Source: a virus (Duplodnaviria; Caudoviricetes). Taken from it: a stretch of DNA of 57,886 bases. The stretch lies in IMG/VR virus record IMGVR_UViG_3300042328_002052, positions 1 to 57,886 of that record. One strand, written 5' to 3'. Under the pieces are notes generated by a model, which saw only the letters and a list, made by a program, of their open reading frames with translations, had not been told where the DNA came from and did no database searches. Every line of letters begins with the position of its first letter. Position 1 is the first letter of the stretch. A program made the translations under genes and the position numbers. This document shows positions 1 through 9,144 of the stretch, piece after piece.

Positions 1-1018
1 CAAAAATGTTGTTAATAGTGCGATTGACTTTAATCAGTTTACCATTCGAATACAGTTCAGGCAAGTTAAAAGCGCCAACATAAGAGCAAGCCGAGCGCAA
101 ACCACCAAAAATTTCCTGTATCGTATTTCGTACAGATCCGCGATAGGGTACTTCAACTGTTCTTCCTTCCGATGCTCTATAATCGGAAAGCCCGCCATTG
201 TACTTTTCATTTGCAGTCTTGCTGCTCATGCCGTAGTGCAACATTCGGAGCTCTCCATGCTCACCATGTCTAATTTCACCACCACATTCATCGTGACCAG
301 CAAATACGCCACCAGCCATAGCAAAAGCCGAACCAGCAACAAAAGATTTTGCAAAATCGCCGGGGTGCACTATTCCGCCGTCAGCAACGATCCCAATACC
401 TAATGCTTCTGCTATTTGCGCACACTCTAGCACCGCTGAGAGCTGGGGATACCCGACTCCCGCCACTCGCCGGGTCAGACACATCGACCCCGACCCGATT
501 CCCACCTTTACGAGATCTACGCCAACTAGTGACAATGCCTCTACCCCCTCTGGGGTCACGACATTCCCAGCAATTAGAATTGATTTCGGCCATTTTTCTC
601 TAACCTTTCTTGTAAAATTATGAAACTCTGTCATGTAGCCATTTGCCACATCGACACAAACAAAAGTAGGGTCAGCAATACTTGCTGAATCTACAAACAA
701 TTTGCTCTCGGAATCCAAACCAAGAGTCAAAGAAACATATTTTTCTTTATCGGGATAAGTGGATGCAAAGCTTGAATAATAATTACCACCTTTTTTCAAG
801 CAAGTTACAATTTTGTATTCTGACAATACACTTGCCATTTCATGCGTACCGACTGTAGACATATTTGCTGCCATCAGCGGAACACCTCTCCAAGTAACAC
901 CAGACTTAAAAGTTTTTTCAACTTCCAGTGAAACTTCTTTTCTGGATTTTACTTTAGAGGTAGATGGTACAATAAGTACGTCAGAATAATCAAGCTTAGG
1001 CTCGTAATTAACAATCAT
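1..1018 (-). CDS. guaC: GMP reductase (last few codons run off the window edge)
   Basis: Not in the ORF track. Manual translation from ATG 1018 gives MIVNYEPKLDYSDVLIVPSTSKVKSRKEV..WRGVPLMAANMSTVGT, catalytic loop VKVGIGSGSMCLTRRVAGVGYPQLSA and C-terminal VNRTINNIF, matching the GuaC family. Confidence 0.92.
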   Translation of the reverse strand, partial: MIVNYEPKLDYSDVLIVPSTSKVKSRKEVSLEVEKTFKSGVTWRGVPLMAANMSTVGTHEMASVLSEYKIVTCLKKGGNYYSSFASTYPDKEKYVSLTLGLDSESKLFVDSASIADPTFVCVDVANGYMTEFHNFTRKVREKWPKSILIAGNVVTPEGVEALSLVGVDLVKVGIGSGSMCLTRRVAGVGYPQLSAVLECAQIAEALGIGIVADGGIVHPGDFAKSFVAGSAFAMAGGVFAGHDECGGEIRHGEHGELRMLHYGMSSKTANEKYNGGLSDYRASEGRTVEVPYRGSVRNTIQEIFGGLRSACSYVGAFNLPELYSNGKLIKVNRTINNIF

Positions 1019-1053
1019 GTCCATAATATAACACTCCACAATCTTTATGTCAA

Positions 1054-1239
1054 TTATCTCTTTTGATGGTTTTCAATCTTTTCGATTGCATCGCGCAGAT
1101 TCAACATTTTTTGCGCGAGTTCTTTAGAACCAATCTTGTCCCGAAGATAGTCTTCATATTTCGAAAGTATAATCTTCGCTTCTCTGAAAAGAACCGCATG
1201 TAGATGATCAGTGCGTTTGGAATCATGATCGGCCATCAA
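1054..1239 (-). CDS. hypothetical protein
   Basis: 61 aa ORF in a co-directional run, with a TAAATA box just upstream. Confidence 0.6.
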   Translation of the reverse strand: MMADHDSKRTDHLHAVLFREAKIILSKYEDYLRDKIGSKELAQKMLNLRDAIEKIENHQKR

Positions 1240-1245
1240 ATATAT

Positions 1246-1821
1246 TTATTCAAGTCCAATTGTGTCATCGCGGACGAATCTTATAGTTTTTGCCATGTAG
1301 AAAGATTTCCATTTCTGTTCATTCAGATCCCATATGCCGATTCTGTCACCGGGCATTGGTGAAAAAAAGCTTGATCTGGTTTGAAGTTCTTTCGTTGGCA
1401 TGTAGCTTCTTTCCAATGTTCCGTTGATTCTTCTTACATTATTTTTAGAATCCACGAAAACAATAGTGCACACTCCACTCAATGCTTCTAGGATAAGTTG
1501 ATCCGGAGAAATGTGATCCGATTTATATGTCGAATCTTCGGTATTGACTGACACATCCATCATATAATGGACATTAGGATCAAAAACCGCAATATTTGTT
1601 TGAATTTTCTTTTGCTGGAGATAATTTTCGTATGATCCGAAATTGTTTGCTATGTATTGTTGGAACAAGACATCTTGTTTTTGTAGTGAAGAGTATGTCT
1701 CTTGTTGCAATGCTGAACCCTGATATTTTCCACGATATGTTTTCTCAAAGGAAGTCTCCTCCATTCCTTTGAGAATTTCTTCGCTAAGAGCGTCATTGTA
1801 ATCGGGTGTTTCTTCGGCCAT
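1246..1821 (-). CDS. protein with C-terminal WYL-like/SH3-fold (DUF2693-type) domain
   Basis: CTIVFVDSKNNVRRINGTL...IWDLNEQKWKSF pattern typical of phage WYL_2/DUF2693 proteins. Confidence 0.6.
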   Translation of the reverse strand: MAEETPDYNDALSEEILKGMEETSFEKTYRGKYQGSALQQETYSSLQKQDVLFQQYIANNFGSYENYLQQKKIQTNIAVFDPNVHYMMDVSVNTEDSTYKSDHISPDQLILEALSGVCTIVFVDSKNNVRRINGTLERSYMPTKELQTRSSFFSPMPGDRIGIWDLNEQKWKSFYMAKTIRFVRDDTIGLE

Positions 1822-2066
1822 CAGAATTTTACCATAAATTTGTCGTGTCTAGTTTCAACCTCTTTGTATTTCAAACTTCCTTCCCACACAAGCTCCATAA
1901 ACTTTTGTGAAAGAAATACGGGCATCTTTACATAGACATCATTAAAAGGTAATTTTTTATCTTCTAAAATTTTTAATATTAGATCTGAAAATTGATTTTT
2001 ATAATCTTTCAAATCTGCCGAAATTACATAAGTCGTTCCGTAAATATTTTGAAATTTATGGATCAT
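1821..2066 (-). CDS. hypothetical protein
   Basis: 81 aa ORF whose stop overlaps the next start. Confidence 0.6.
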   Translation of the reverse strand: MIHKFQNIYGTTYVISADLKDYKNQFSDLILKILEDKKLPFNDVYVKMPVFLSQKFMELVWEGSLKYKEVETRHDKFMVKF

Positions 2067-2073
2067 TTATATT

Positions 2074-2268
2074 TTAACGAAATGTATCTTGTTTTGGCTT
2101 GAATCCCGACAAAAGATTGCTTCTTAGATCTGGGGTCGGGGGTGTTCCCTGCTGTAGTGGTGCCATAGGAAGATCTTTGTTCACAAACAGAAGCGGAGAC
2201 GGTTTATTCTTATGCTGATTGTGGACTGCACGAATTGTATCTTCCAAAGATTTTCTTTGATTTCTCAT
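2074..2268 (-). CDS. hypothetical late protein
   Basis: Start MRNQRK at 2268, preceded by GAGGA and a TATAAATA box. Confidence 0.55.
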   Translation of the reverse strand: MRNQRKSLEDTIRAVHNQHKNKPSPLLFVNKDLPMAPLQQGTPPTPDLRSNLLSGFKPKQDTFR

Positions 2269-2290
2269 GATTAAAACTTCCTCAACATTA

Positions 2291-2304
2291 ATATTTATAA
2301 ATAT
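2291..2304. promoter_or_regulatory. palindromic bidirectional T4-type late promoter (ATATTTATAAATAT)
   Basis: Perfect palindrome with TATAAATA on both strands, between divergent genes starting at 2268 (-) and 2309 (+). Confidence 0.65.
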
Positions 2305-2308
2305 TTTC

Positions 2309-2674
2309 ATGAATTATCTTACCAACTATTATAAGAATCTTTGTGAAGATTTGCAAGCAAAAATTGATTTGCTTGAAGCTGGATTAAAGAAAGCTATGAA
2401 AACTAAAGACCCAGAACTTCTCAAAAAGGAAGAATTAAAGGCAGGAGAAAGATGGGAAAGAGCACAAGAAGTAGCTCGCACAGAAGCTGCCAAATCTTTA
2501 GAGGCTACAAGAAGATTTGGTGCAACTAGTAAAGAGGCAGTTGTACCAGCATTCAAATCAGAAATTGCAAGAGGCAAGGCAGAGAGAGTTATGAAAAATA
2601 TTATTGATATCGACCAACAACTAGATGTCGAATCACCGGAAAGAACAATGCACGTCACCCCACAACAATACTGA
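2309..2674 (+). CDS. MNYLTNYY-leader family protein 1 (putative internal head protein)
   Basis: Start MNYLTNYYKNLCEDLQAKIDLLE shared with paralogues; follows a late promoter. Confidence 0.8.
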   Translation: MNYLTNYYKNLCEDLQAKIDLLEAGLKKAMKTKDPELLKKEELKAGERWERAQEVARTEAAKSLEATRRFGATSKEAVVPAFKSEIARGKAERVMKNIIDIDQQLDVESPERTMHVTPQQY

Positions 2675-2680
2675 GAAAAA

Positions 2681-3268
2681 ATGAATTACCTAACAAACTA
2701 TTATAGAAATCTTTGCGAACAACTTCAAGAAAAAATAAACATTTTGGAAGCACGCATTCGCAGCCCCCAAGAAATGTACCAAATCGGTTCTGCCGAAATG
2801 CAAGGACAAACCGAACCAACAGCAGTAAATTCTGGTTATTCTCCATGGGCAAGAAGAGCCGAAAGAAGACAAGCTTTAATCAATAATGCCATGGCGCAAA
2901 TGGGTGATGTTGCCATGACGGGAGATGTGGAAACCGCCAGACAAGTTGGAGATGTTATGGCAGATATAGCCAAAACCGGTGAGAAGGTAGCCGGGGGACC
3001 TCAGTTTGGCCCACCCGATGAAGAATTTGTAGGAGTGGATCCTACGCGGGATGAGATGGGGTTTGAAATCAAACCAATTGACCATGGGAATAGCGAAAGA
3101 GAAGCAGCAGAAGTGGCCCGTAAAGCAAGGGAATCTGGAAAGGCCGTAGTAGTTCCTGCCGACATTGCCGCCATGAGAAAATTTATTCAAATGGGAAGAG
3201 GTCGGTATCAGGCACCATTCCCCCAACCGCCCACGACCCCACATCATAGTTCAAACGCCACTTACTAA
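2681..3268 (+). CDS. MNYLTNYY-leader family protein 2
   Basis: N-terminus MNYLTNYYRNLCEQLQEKINILE. Confidence 0.8.
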   Translation: MNYLTNYYRNLCEQLQEKINILEARIRSPQEMYQIGSAEMQGQTEPTAVNSGYSPWARRAERRQALINNAMAQMGDVAMTGDVETARQVGDVMADIAKTGEKVAGGPQFGPPDEEFVGVDPTRDEMGFEIKPIDHGNSEREAAEVARKARESGKAVVVPADIAAMRKFIQMGRGRYQAPFPQPPTTPHHSSNATY

Positions 3269-3281
3269 GAAAGAATATTTT

Positions 3282-4730
3282 ATGAATTATCTAACAAACT
3301 ACTATAAAAATCTTTGCGAACAAAGACAAGAACAAATAAAAGTTTTGGAAGAAAATCTTTTACGCAGAGGACTTCAAGGACTTGGTAATGCTATTGCAGG
3401 CGGAATTATTGGCTATGATAAAGCCAAAAATAAATTAGGTGGGGTGGTTGACGAAATCGGAAAAGGAATTGCTGGAGCAGGCCAAGCAGTGAGTGGTTGG
3501 GGTGGAAAAAAGCAAGAAGAAGCCCAAGATCGATTAGAAAGATCCAAGAAATGGGATCCAAAAGAAATCCAAAAAAGACAGCACGAAAAAGCAATAACAG
3601 ATTGGATGCAGGGTGGGGGAAGCGATAACGATCCTCAAAGAAATAATATTATTAGAGTCTTGGAAGATGCTGCCAAACATGTGGAGGGCTTTAGATCACA
3701 AGCAAGATGGAATGCTTATGAGGGTGCAAGAGCAAAACATCCAACCAAAGAACCAAAACAAAGGAAAAAACCATATACAGCGGATGAATTTGCAAAATTA
3801 GATGCCGATAACGCTAAAATAGATCAAAAAAGAAGAAAACTTATTGATGCTGAGGTTGCTGATTTTGATGGAAAACATGCAGCAAATCTTACATTGGGTT
3901 TTATTGCTGCTGAATTGTCCAGAAATTCAGCAAGAATTAATGATGACGAAGCAGAGCACAAAAAAATATTTGGAACCCGAAAAAATCCATATACAGGAGA
4001 AGAGGAAGTTCGTGCTGGCAGAGAGCAACATTCCGGTGGCCACCATGTAGGTCACATAAGAAATGATCCTTACGGTAAACAGTTGAATCCGGCAGAACAT
4101 TCTGATGTTAGTGCATATAGAAAATGGTACGAAGGTGGAGGTCACAGAATTCAAGACGCTATTCATCCTGATGAATTATTTGGTCATCACACGGCTCACG
4201 TTGATAGAGAATTTGAAATTCATATTCCACATTCTGGTCTTAGAGCGGCCAACCAACGAAATCAAAAAGCATTTGAATCTGCCGTTCAACGATCAAGAGA
4301 ATTAATGGCAATACCAGATCCATTTGAAGGACAAATTTCAGCAAGTGGAGGACTAAAAACGGCCACCTTACGTCCAGCATTTGAAAGTTATTCAGGACCT
4401 AGAAATAAATTCTTGAACGACAAGATTAATAGATTAATTGAAGCTAGAAATGTAAGATCGGAAGAAATGTCAAAGTTGGAAGATGTAATAGATCGCGGGT
4501 CACACTATGGTATGAAACAAATATACGATCTTAGCCGACATCCAAAAATTACAGATACACACAAAGCTAGACTAAGTGAATTGGACGAATTGTTGTCAAG
4601 TTTTTCAGGTGTATTGGGTCTATCAGACGTTAGTGAAGAAGACCTTCGTGGAATACATTCCGATCTCAGAGATACCGTAAAAGAAATTCATAGTATTAGA
4701 GATTCTTTAACAACTCCAAAAAACAAATAA
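3282..4730 (+). CDS. MNYLTNYY-leader family protein 3
   Basis: N-terminus MNYLTNYYKNLCEQRQEQIKVLEE; 482 aa, charged. Confidence 0.8.
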   Translation: MNYLTNYYKNLCEQRQEQIKVLEENLLRRGLQGLGNAIAGGIIGYDKAKNKLGGVVDEIGKGIAGAGQAVSGWGGKKQEEAQDRLERSKKWDPKEIQKRQHEKAITDWMQGGGSDNDPQRNNIIRVLEDAAKHVEGFRSQARWNAYEGARAKHPTKEPKQRKKPYTADEFAKLDADNAKIDQKRRKLIDAEVADFDGKHAANLTLGFIAAELSRNSARINDDEAEHKKIFGTRKNPYTGEEEVRAGREQHSGGHHVGHIRNDPYGKQLNPAEHSDVSAYRKWYEGGGHRIQDAIHPDELFGHHTAHVDREFEIHIPHSGLRAANQRNQKAFESAVQRSRELMAIPDPFEGQISASGGLKTATLRPAFESYSGPRNKFLNDKINRLIEARNVRSEEMSKLEDVIDRGSHYGMKQIYDLSRHPKITDTHKARLSELDELLSSFSGVLGLSDVSEEDLRGIHSDLRDTVKEIHSIRDSLTTPKNK

Positions 4731-4761
4731 AAACTATAAATAACCTCATCAAGGAAAAAAA

Positions 4762-5229
4762 ATGGATTACTTGACAAAATATTACAAAAATTTATCCGAA
4801 CAACTTCAAGAACAAATTAATATTCTTGAGGCAAAAATTCGTTCTCCCCAAGAAATAATAGCAGCAGCTAAAGGCAACCCCGCCTTAGAAGCTGGGGCTA
4901 GAAAAAGAGCAGGTGAACGTGCAGATCTTATAGACTTTTTAAAAGGAAATATATCGAATAAAACAGATCCTCAAGTAGATAGAGCTACAGCATTGAGAGT
5001 TTTACAAGATATTGTAAAGGATGGGCAAATAGATGATGTTGAAGATGATTTATTAAATGGGATATACGGCTCTACAGATAGACCAAGTACAACAGATGAT
5101 TTAAAACATATTGCATCAACAGCCCGCAGAGATTTTTATACGGGTTCAGATAAACCCGAAGAAATCAAACTTGATGATGCTAGAGAAAAAACTTATCAAA
5201 AAATTAATGCTGGAAGAAAAATACGTTAA
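4762..5229 (+). CDS. MNYLTNYY-leader family protein 4
   Basis: MDYLTKYYKNLSEQLQEQINILEAKIRSPQE; TATAAATA and AAGGA upstream. Confidence 0.8.
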   Translation: MDYLTKYYKNLSEQLQEQINILEAKIRSPQEIIAAAKGNPALEAGARKRAGERADLIDFLKGNISNKTDPQVDRATALRVLQDIVKDGQIDDVEDDLLNGIYGSTDRPSTTDDLKHIASTARRDFYTGSDKPEEIKLDDAREKTYQKINAGRKIR

Positions 5230-5295
5230 AACAAATAAAAAGGGAATGCAAAAAGCTTTTTATTCGTAATAAGACTTTTACTTATAAATAATTTT

Positions 5296-5742
5296 ATGAA
5301 AAAGTTTAAAAAATTCTTAACAGAATCATACTATTCAGAATTTGATTCTAAATCAAAATCTTCTAAAAAATATCCAGTTCAAGCATACGGAAACGGTGCA
5401 CCAGCACCAATGGCTCCAAAACAACCTGAAGCCGGAAATATTGGCAATACACGGCAACCAAACGATGCAGAACAAGCAAGAATCGCAGAAAGAACAAGAC
5501 GATTTCCTCATCTGGGACCCGGCTATCATTCACACGAAGAGCACCTAGCTGCTTTTAATGCAAGCCCAGACGCCGCTGCAATGCAACACTGGGATATCAC
5601 CCCTGACAACATTCATTTGGCAACTCCTTATGAAATACAAAGTGCACACGACAGTCTAAGTATAGAAATAGACAGCGATTGGGATAATCCAAATAAAAAA
5701 GATTTGGAAAAACTTGAATTCCTTGGAAAACACTTAAGATAA
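5296..5742 (+). CDS. putative internal head protein with T4-type capsid-targeting-like N-terminus
   Basis: MKKFKKFLTE resembles the T4 IPIII leader MKTYQEFIAE; TATAAATA immediately upstream. Confidence 0.65.
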   Translation: MKKFKKFLTESYYSEFDSKSKSSKKYPVQAYGNGAPAPMAPKQPEAGNIGNTRQPNDAEQARIAERTRRFPHLGPGYHSHEEHLAAFNASPDAAAMQHWDITPDNIHLATPYEIQSAHDSLSIEIDSDWDNPNKKDLEKLEFLGKHLR

Positions 5743-5766
5743 TAAAATAACTTAAAAATTAATTAA

Positions 5767-5801
5767 ATATGGGAGCCCAAAAAAGGCTCCCATATTTTTT
5801 T
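5767..5801 (+). terminator. rho-independent terminator
   Basis: ATATGGGAGCC-loop-GGCTCCCATAT followed by a T-run. Confidence 0.8.
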
Positions 5802-5833
5802 CGCTTCGGGGGTTTTTGTGCTACACTCTCTGC

Positions 5834-6205
5834 ATGCCACTCTCACTATTCGAAGAAGACAACATTACTCAGACTCCTCAAAAAACTTCAACCAAAATAA
5901 AGAGAACTCGCCGGGTCAATGATGTAAAGAAAACCTACAAGGCTATCCGGAGGCAGAGTAAGTGCATCGACTGTGGATGGAAGAGAATTCCAGCAGTATT
6001 GGAATTTCACCATCTAGAAGAGGGTGGCCGAGAACCGACACGGACTCGTAGAAGTCGCACAGTCCAGCCGCATACCCACAAAACCGTTGAAAAGATGGAA
6101 GAAGAAATGACAAAGGGCGATTTTCTGTGCCCGACCTGCCACAAGTGCCGTCATTACAACGAGGAGCTGGATATATTGGATACGGCAAACAAAAATTTGA
6201 GATAA
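5834..6205 (+). CDS. HNH-type zinc-binding endonuclease
   Basis: CIDCGW..LEFHH..CPTCH motifs; ATG 6 nt after a TACACT -10 box. Confidence 0.7.
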   Translation: MPLSLFEEDNITQTPQKTSTKIKRTRRVNDVKKTYKAIRRQSKCIDCGWKRIPAVLEFHHLEEGGREPTRTRRSRTVQPHTHKTVEKMEEEMTKGDFLCPTCHKCRHYNEELDILDTANKNLR

Positions 6206-6216
6206 TAAATAATCTC

Positions 6217-7167
6217 ATGGACTACTTATCAAATTATTACAAAAATCTTTGCGAAGAACTTCAAGAAAAAATCAATTTAATTGAAGCAGAATTATCTAAA
6301 AAAACAAAAGATGATAGCAAAGCTTTATTGGATGCTATTGCAAAAATGGATGCAGATCGTGCTGCCAGACAAGCTAAAGTAAATCCAACAACTGGAAAGA
6401 GTTATTTGGATGTTGCCAATCAAGCAACAAAAGATTCTTTGGCAAGAGCAGCTTCCAGAGAAAATTATGATGAACTTGCAAAAACTGCACCAAATCTTGC
6501 TGCGAGAGCAAGATTTAATAGCCAATCAATTGCTAGAAGTGGAACACCGGGAGCAGCAAGCGGGGTAGCGGGCCAAGGTGGATCTACACGTTATTCAGAT
6601 ATAAATGCTATGTCCACATTGTCTGCAGAAGATCAGGCAAGAGTCGCCCCAACTCTGAGCACCAAAAGACTAGAAGACATGCGAGCCGCACAATATTCAA
6701 ATAGCCAAGATGCAGTTAGACAAGGAAGAGGAGGTGCTGCTTTGGGAGCTTCAAAGGTAAGTGCTCTCAATACAATCAATTCCACTATTGATTCTAGAAA
6801 AAACAATGCAATGGGTGGTAAGGCTGCAGCTGGTAGTTTTGCCAGAAGTTGGCAAGAAGATCCAACAAGTCTTAGAACACAAAAAAGCATGGCTGTAAGA
6901 ACAGGTAGAGAAAAATTGGCAATGATTGATGCGTTGTATCAAGAAGGTATGAAGCAATTCAAAGAAAAAGGAAAATTGAGCCAAGGTCACATTGATGCGG
7001 TCAATCAATTTTCAAAATTTGGTTCCAAACCAAAGATGCCTCTTCCAGCTCCGGAAGAAAAAGAGACAATGATTCCAATGTCTCTAAAAGGTCTAAGAGA
7101 TGAAATTTCTTTCAATAAGAAACAGTACGGGCTAATACCCCCGACAAGAAAAGACCTAAGATCCTAA
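6217..7167 (+). CDS. MNYLTNYY-leader family protein 5
   Basis: Start MDYLSNYYKNLCEELQEKINLIEAE at 6217, after TAAATA. Confidence 0.8.
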   Translation: MDYLSNYYKNLCEELQEKINLIEAELSKKTKDDSKALLDAIAKMDADRAARQAKVNPTTGKSYLDVANQATKDSLARAASRENYDELAKTAPNLAARARFNSQSIARSGTPGAASGVAGQGGSTRYSDINAMSTLSAEDQARVAPTLSTKRLEDMRAAQYSNSQDAVRQGRGGAALGASKVSALNTINSTIDSRKNNAMGGKAAAGSFARSWQEDPTSLRTQKSMAVRTGREKLAMIDALYQEGMKQFKEKGKLSQGHIDAVNQFSKFGSKPKMPLPAPEEKETMIPMSLKGLRDEISFNKKQYGLIPPTRKDLRS

Positions 7168-7175
7168 AAGAATAA

Positions 7176-7204
7176 GGGACCCGTAAAAGGGTCCCAAATT
7201 TTTT
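7176..7204 (+). terminator. rho-independent terminator
   Basis: GGGACCC-GTAAAA-GGGTCCC followed by a T-run. Confidence 0.7.
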
Positions 7205-7275
7205 GCTGAACCGATTTTAAAAGCCTCTTCTTAGTTCCACAATGAACAGGGAGAGGCTTTAATCCATTCAATGGG

Positions 7276-7377
7276 TCAGAGAGCCAACCAGAGAACCAAA
7301 GCTGCTACGACGACTCCTGCAACGATCCATTGAACCTTAGTAACCTTACTCAAAGCATTTTTAATTTTTGTTAGCAT
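7276..7377 (-). CDS. 33 aa single-pass membrane peptide
   Basis: Manual translation MLTKIKNALSKVTKVQWIVAGVVVAALVLWLAL; AAGGA and TAAATA upstream. Confidence 0.55.
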   Translation of the reverse strand: MLTKIKNALSKVTKVQWIVAGVVVAALVLWLAL

Positions 7378-7565
7378 AAAAATTTCCTTTAAGGTATTTA
7401 GGCTTTCTGGGGCCCGGAAATTTTTAAGGCATATCATGTATTTTGAAAAATTTATAGAAAATTTGAGAATCTTGGAGGGGGTGTGGGCTAGCGCGCCCGA
7501 TAACCGGAATCCTAAAGGGGACCCAAATCACTGTTTGGACACGACCACCCCCCCCTCCGAATAAA

Positions 7566-7595
7566 CTCAGAGGCCCCCTTGCGGGGGCCTCTGAG
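7566..7595. terminator. strong hairpin at the left edge of the GC-rich island
   Basis: CTCAGAGGCCCCC-TTGC-GGGGGCCTCTGAG, downstream of the leftward gene 7621-7899. Confidence 0.65.
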
Positions 7596-7620
7596 GGGCT
7601 GGGAGGTTAGGCGGTGGGCT

Positions 7621-7899
7621 TCACATCTCGCCCCATCCCGCGCTCGCTAGCCAGTCGTTGTCCGCGTCCCAGTCCTCGCGGCTCATCCGGCTAGCCGCGT
7701 CGATGAACGCATCGTTGTCCGCCTCGCGGCTCGCCTCCTCAAGGGAGGGCTCCGCGTGTTCCCCTCCCCTGCGCGCCTCGCGCTCGCGCTCGCGCTCCTC
7801 CTCGCACATCGGGCACAGCGAGTCCGTGTAGGCGTACTCGGGGCGGTGGCAGTCGCAGGGGAAGTGTTCGTGTTCGTGGTTGTGGGTGGTGTTGCACAT
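7621..7899 (-). CDS. acidic Cys/His-containing early protein
   Basis: Leaderless ATG 6 nt after TAGAAT; CDC and CPMC motifs; ends DWLASAGWGEM. Confidence 0.7.
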   Translation of the reverse strand: MCNTTHNHEHEHFPCDCHRPEYAYTDSLCPMCEEEREREREARRGGEHAEPSLEEASREADNDAFIDAASRMSREDWDADNDWLASAGWGEM

Positions 7900-7905
7900 G
7901 GCGGC

Positions 7906-8019
7906 ATTCTACCATACTCCCGCCTCCCCGTCAGCAATTGGGCACGGAAGTCTGGTGCGAAACTTCCTGAAATTTTTCCGTGCCCAATTGCTGACGGGGA
8001 GGCATCGGCGTGGTACAAT
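7906..8019. promoter_or_regulatory. back-to-back early promoters built from a 26 bp inverted repeat
   Basis: GCCTCCCCGTCAGCAATTGGGCACGG (7922-7947) is inverted at 7978-8003; each copy supplies a CTGACG -35, with TAGAAT or TACAAT -10. Confidence 0.8.
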
Positions 8020-8025
8020 ACGCCC

Positions 8026-8400
8026 ATGACCACCACCGACTACACCAAGCACATCACGCTCATCCGCCTCGCACACCCCACCAACCTCTCTGTGGTTGAG
8101 TTCGCCTACACCCCGCGCTACATGAGGTGGACGATGCTGAAGTACAACCCCGGCGAGGGGCAGACCGCATCGGATGCTTGGCTGCGTTACTGCGGCGACC
8201 CGATGTTCAAGCCCTCGCGGTTCGACAGCGTCAGCCACGGGGCTTCCGACCTGTACCACAACGACATCCTGAAGATCGTCGGCCACCTCGTCCTGAACGG
8301 GTGGAGCATCACGGAGAATCGCCCGTACACCGGGCCGAGCGGGTACTACGAGTGCAACGCTGCGAACGCAGCGGAGGCCGAAGACCTCGTCCTGTTCTGA
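8026..8400 (+). CDS. hypothetical early protein
   Basis: Leaderless start MTTTDY, 6 nt after TACAAT; GC3-rich codons. Confidence 0.75.
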   Translation: MTTTDYTKHITLIRLAHPTNLSVVEFAYTPRYMRWTMLKYNPGEGQTASDAWLRYCGDPMFKPSRFDSVSHGASDLYHNDILKIVGHLVLNGWSITENRPYTGPSGYYECNAANAAEAEDLVLF

Positions 8401-8470
8401 ACCCCACGGGGGGAGGGAAAATCTTTCCCTCCCCCTTGACACCTCGCACCACCTACGGTACAATGCACGC

Positions 8471-8671
8471 ATGAGCACCACCTTCTACACCATCGTCCGC
8501 GCAACCATGTTCCTCAACGCCATCGTTGCCGCCTTCCTCGCGGGTGGTCTTGCAATGGCAGGTGATCTACTGCACTCCGTTTTCACGCTCGGAGCCTGCG
8601 CCGCCTCGGTTCTAATCCTGCATCTGGCAGGTGCAGCGGAGCGCGAGGAGTGCCCGGAGACCTCCCGCTAA
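8471..8671 (+). CDS. small two-helix membrane protein
   Basis: TTGACA-17-TACAAT-6-ATG; two hydrophobic segments. Confidence 0.7.
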   Translation: MSTTFYTIVRATMFLNAIVAAFLAGGLAMAGDLLHSVFTLGACAASVLILHLAGAAEREECPETSR

Positions 8672-8724
8672 AATAATCAGGAGTAATTCCTGACATCCCG
8701 CACCACCTACGGTACAATACAGCC

Positions 8725-9012
8725 ATGAAGCGCACCACCATCGCTGACCTCGTCCTCTCCGTCCGCCACCTGAACTCCGCTATGGGGTTCTCCGATGATG
8801 CGGGAGCCGCCATCGGAGTGAACTCCGTCCCCGGTTCCTACTACCTGCAGGGAGCCTACGGAGGCTGGCAACTGCAGCGCGTTCACCCCTCGGGCGGTTG
8901 CGAGTCTGTGACCTCGGGCTACCGCTCCAAGCGCGAACTGAACGAACTGGTGAACGCGATCCGCTACGGCGTACTGGAGGGGACGGTACGCATGACCGGG
9001 CTAACGATCTAA
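8725..9012 (+). CDS. hypothetical early protein
   Basis: CTGACA-17-TACAAT-6-ATG; YYLQGAYGGWQL motif. Confidence 0.75.
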   Translation: MKRTTIADLVLSVRHLNSAMGFSDDAGAAIGVNSVPGSYYLQGAYGGWQLQRVHPSGGCESVTSGYRSKRELNELVNAIRYGVLEGTVRMTGLTI

Positions 9013-9090
9013 CGAGGTGGTGCTCGTACCAGCCGAAGAGGATTCGTCCCTGCCCCGATTCGTTCGGGGCTAGGCTGTTTCTAGGGGGCA

Positions 9091-9144
9091 CTACTATCCG
9101 GGGGCCGATGGCCCCCGGACCTCCTCGCTTCGCTCGGATAGTAG
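9091..9144. repeat. CTACTATC/GATAGTAG inverted-repeat element 1
   Basis: Arms at 9091-9098 and 9137-9144 with an internal GC hairpin. Confidence 0.85.
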
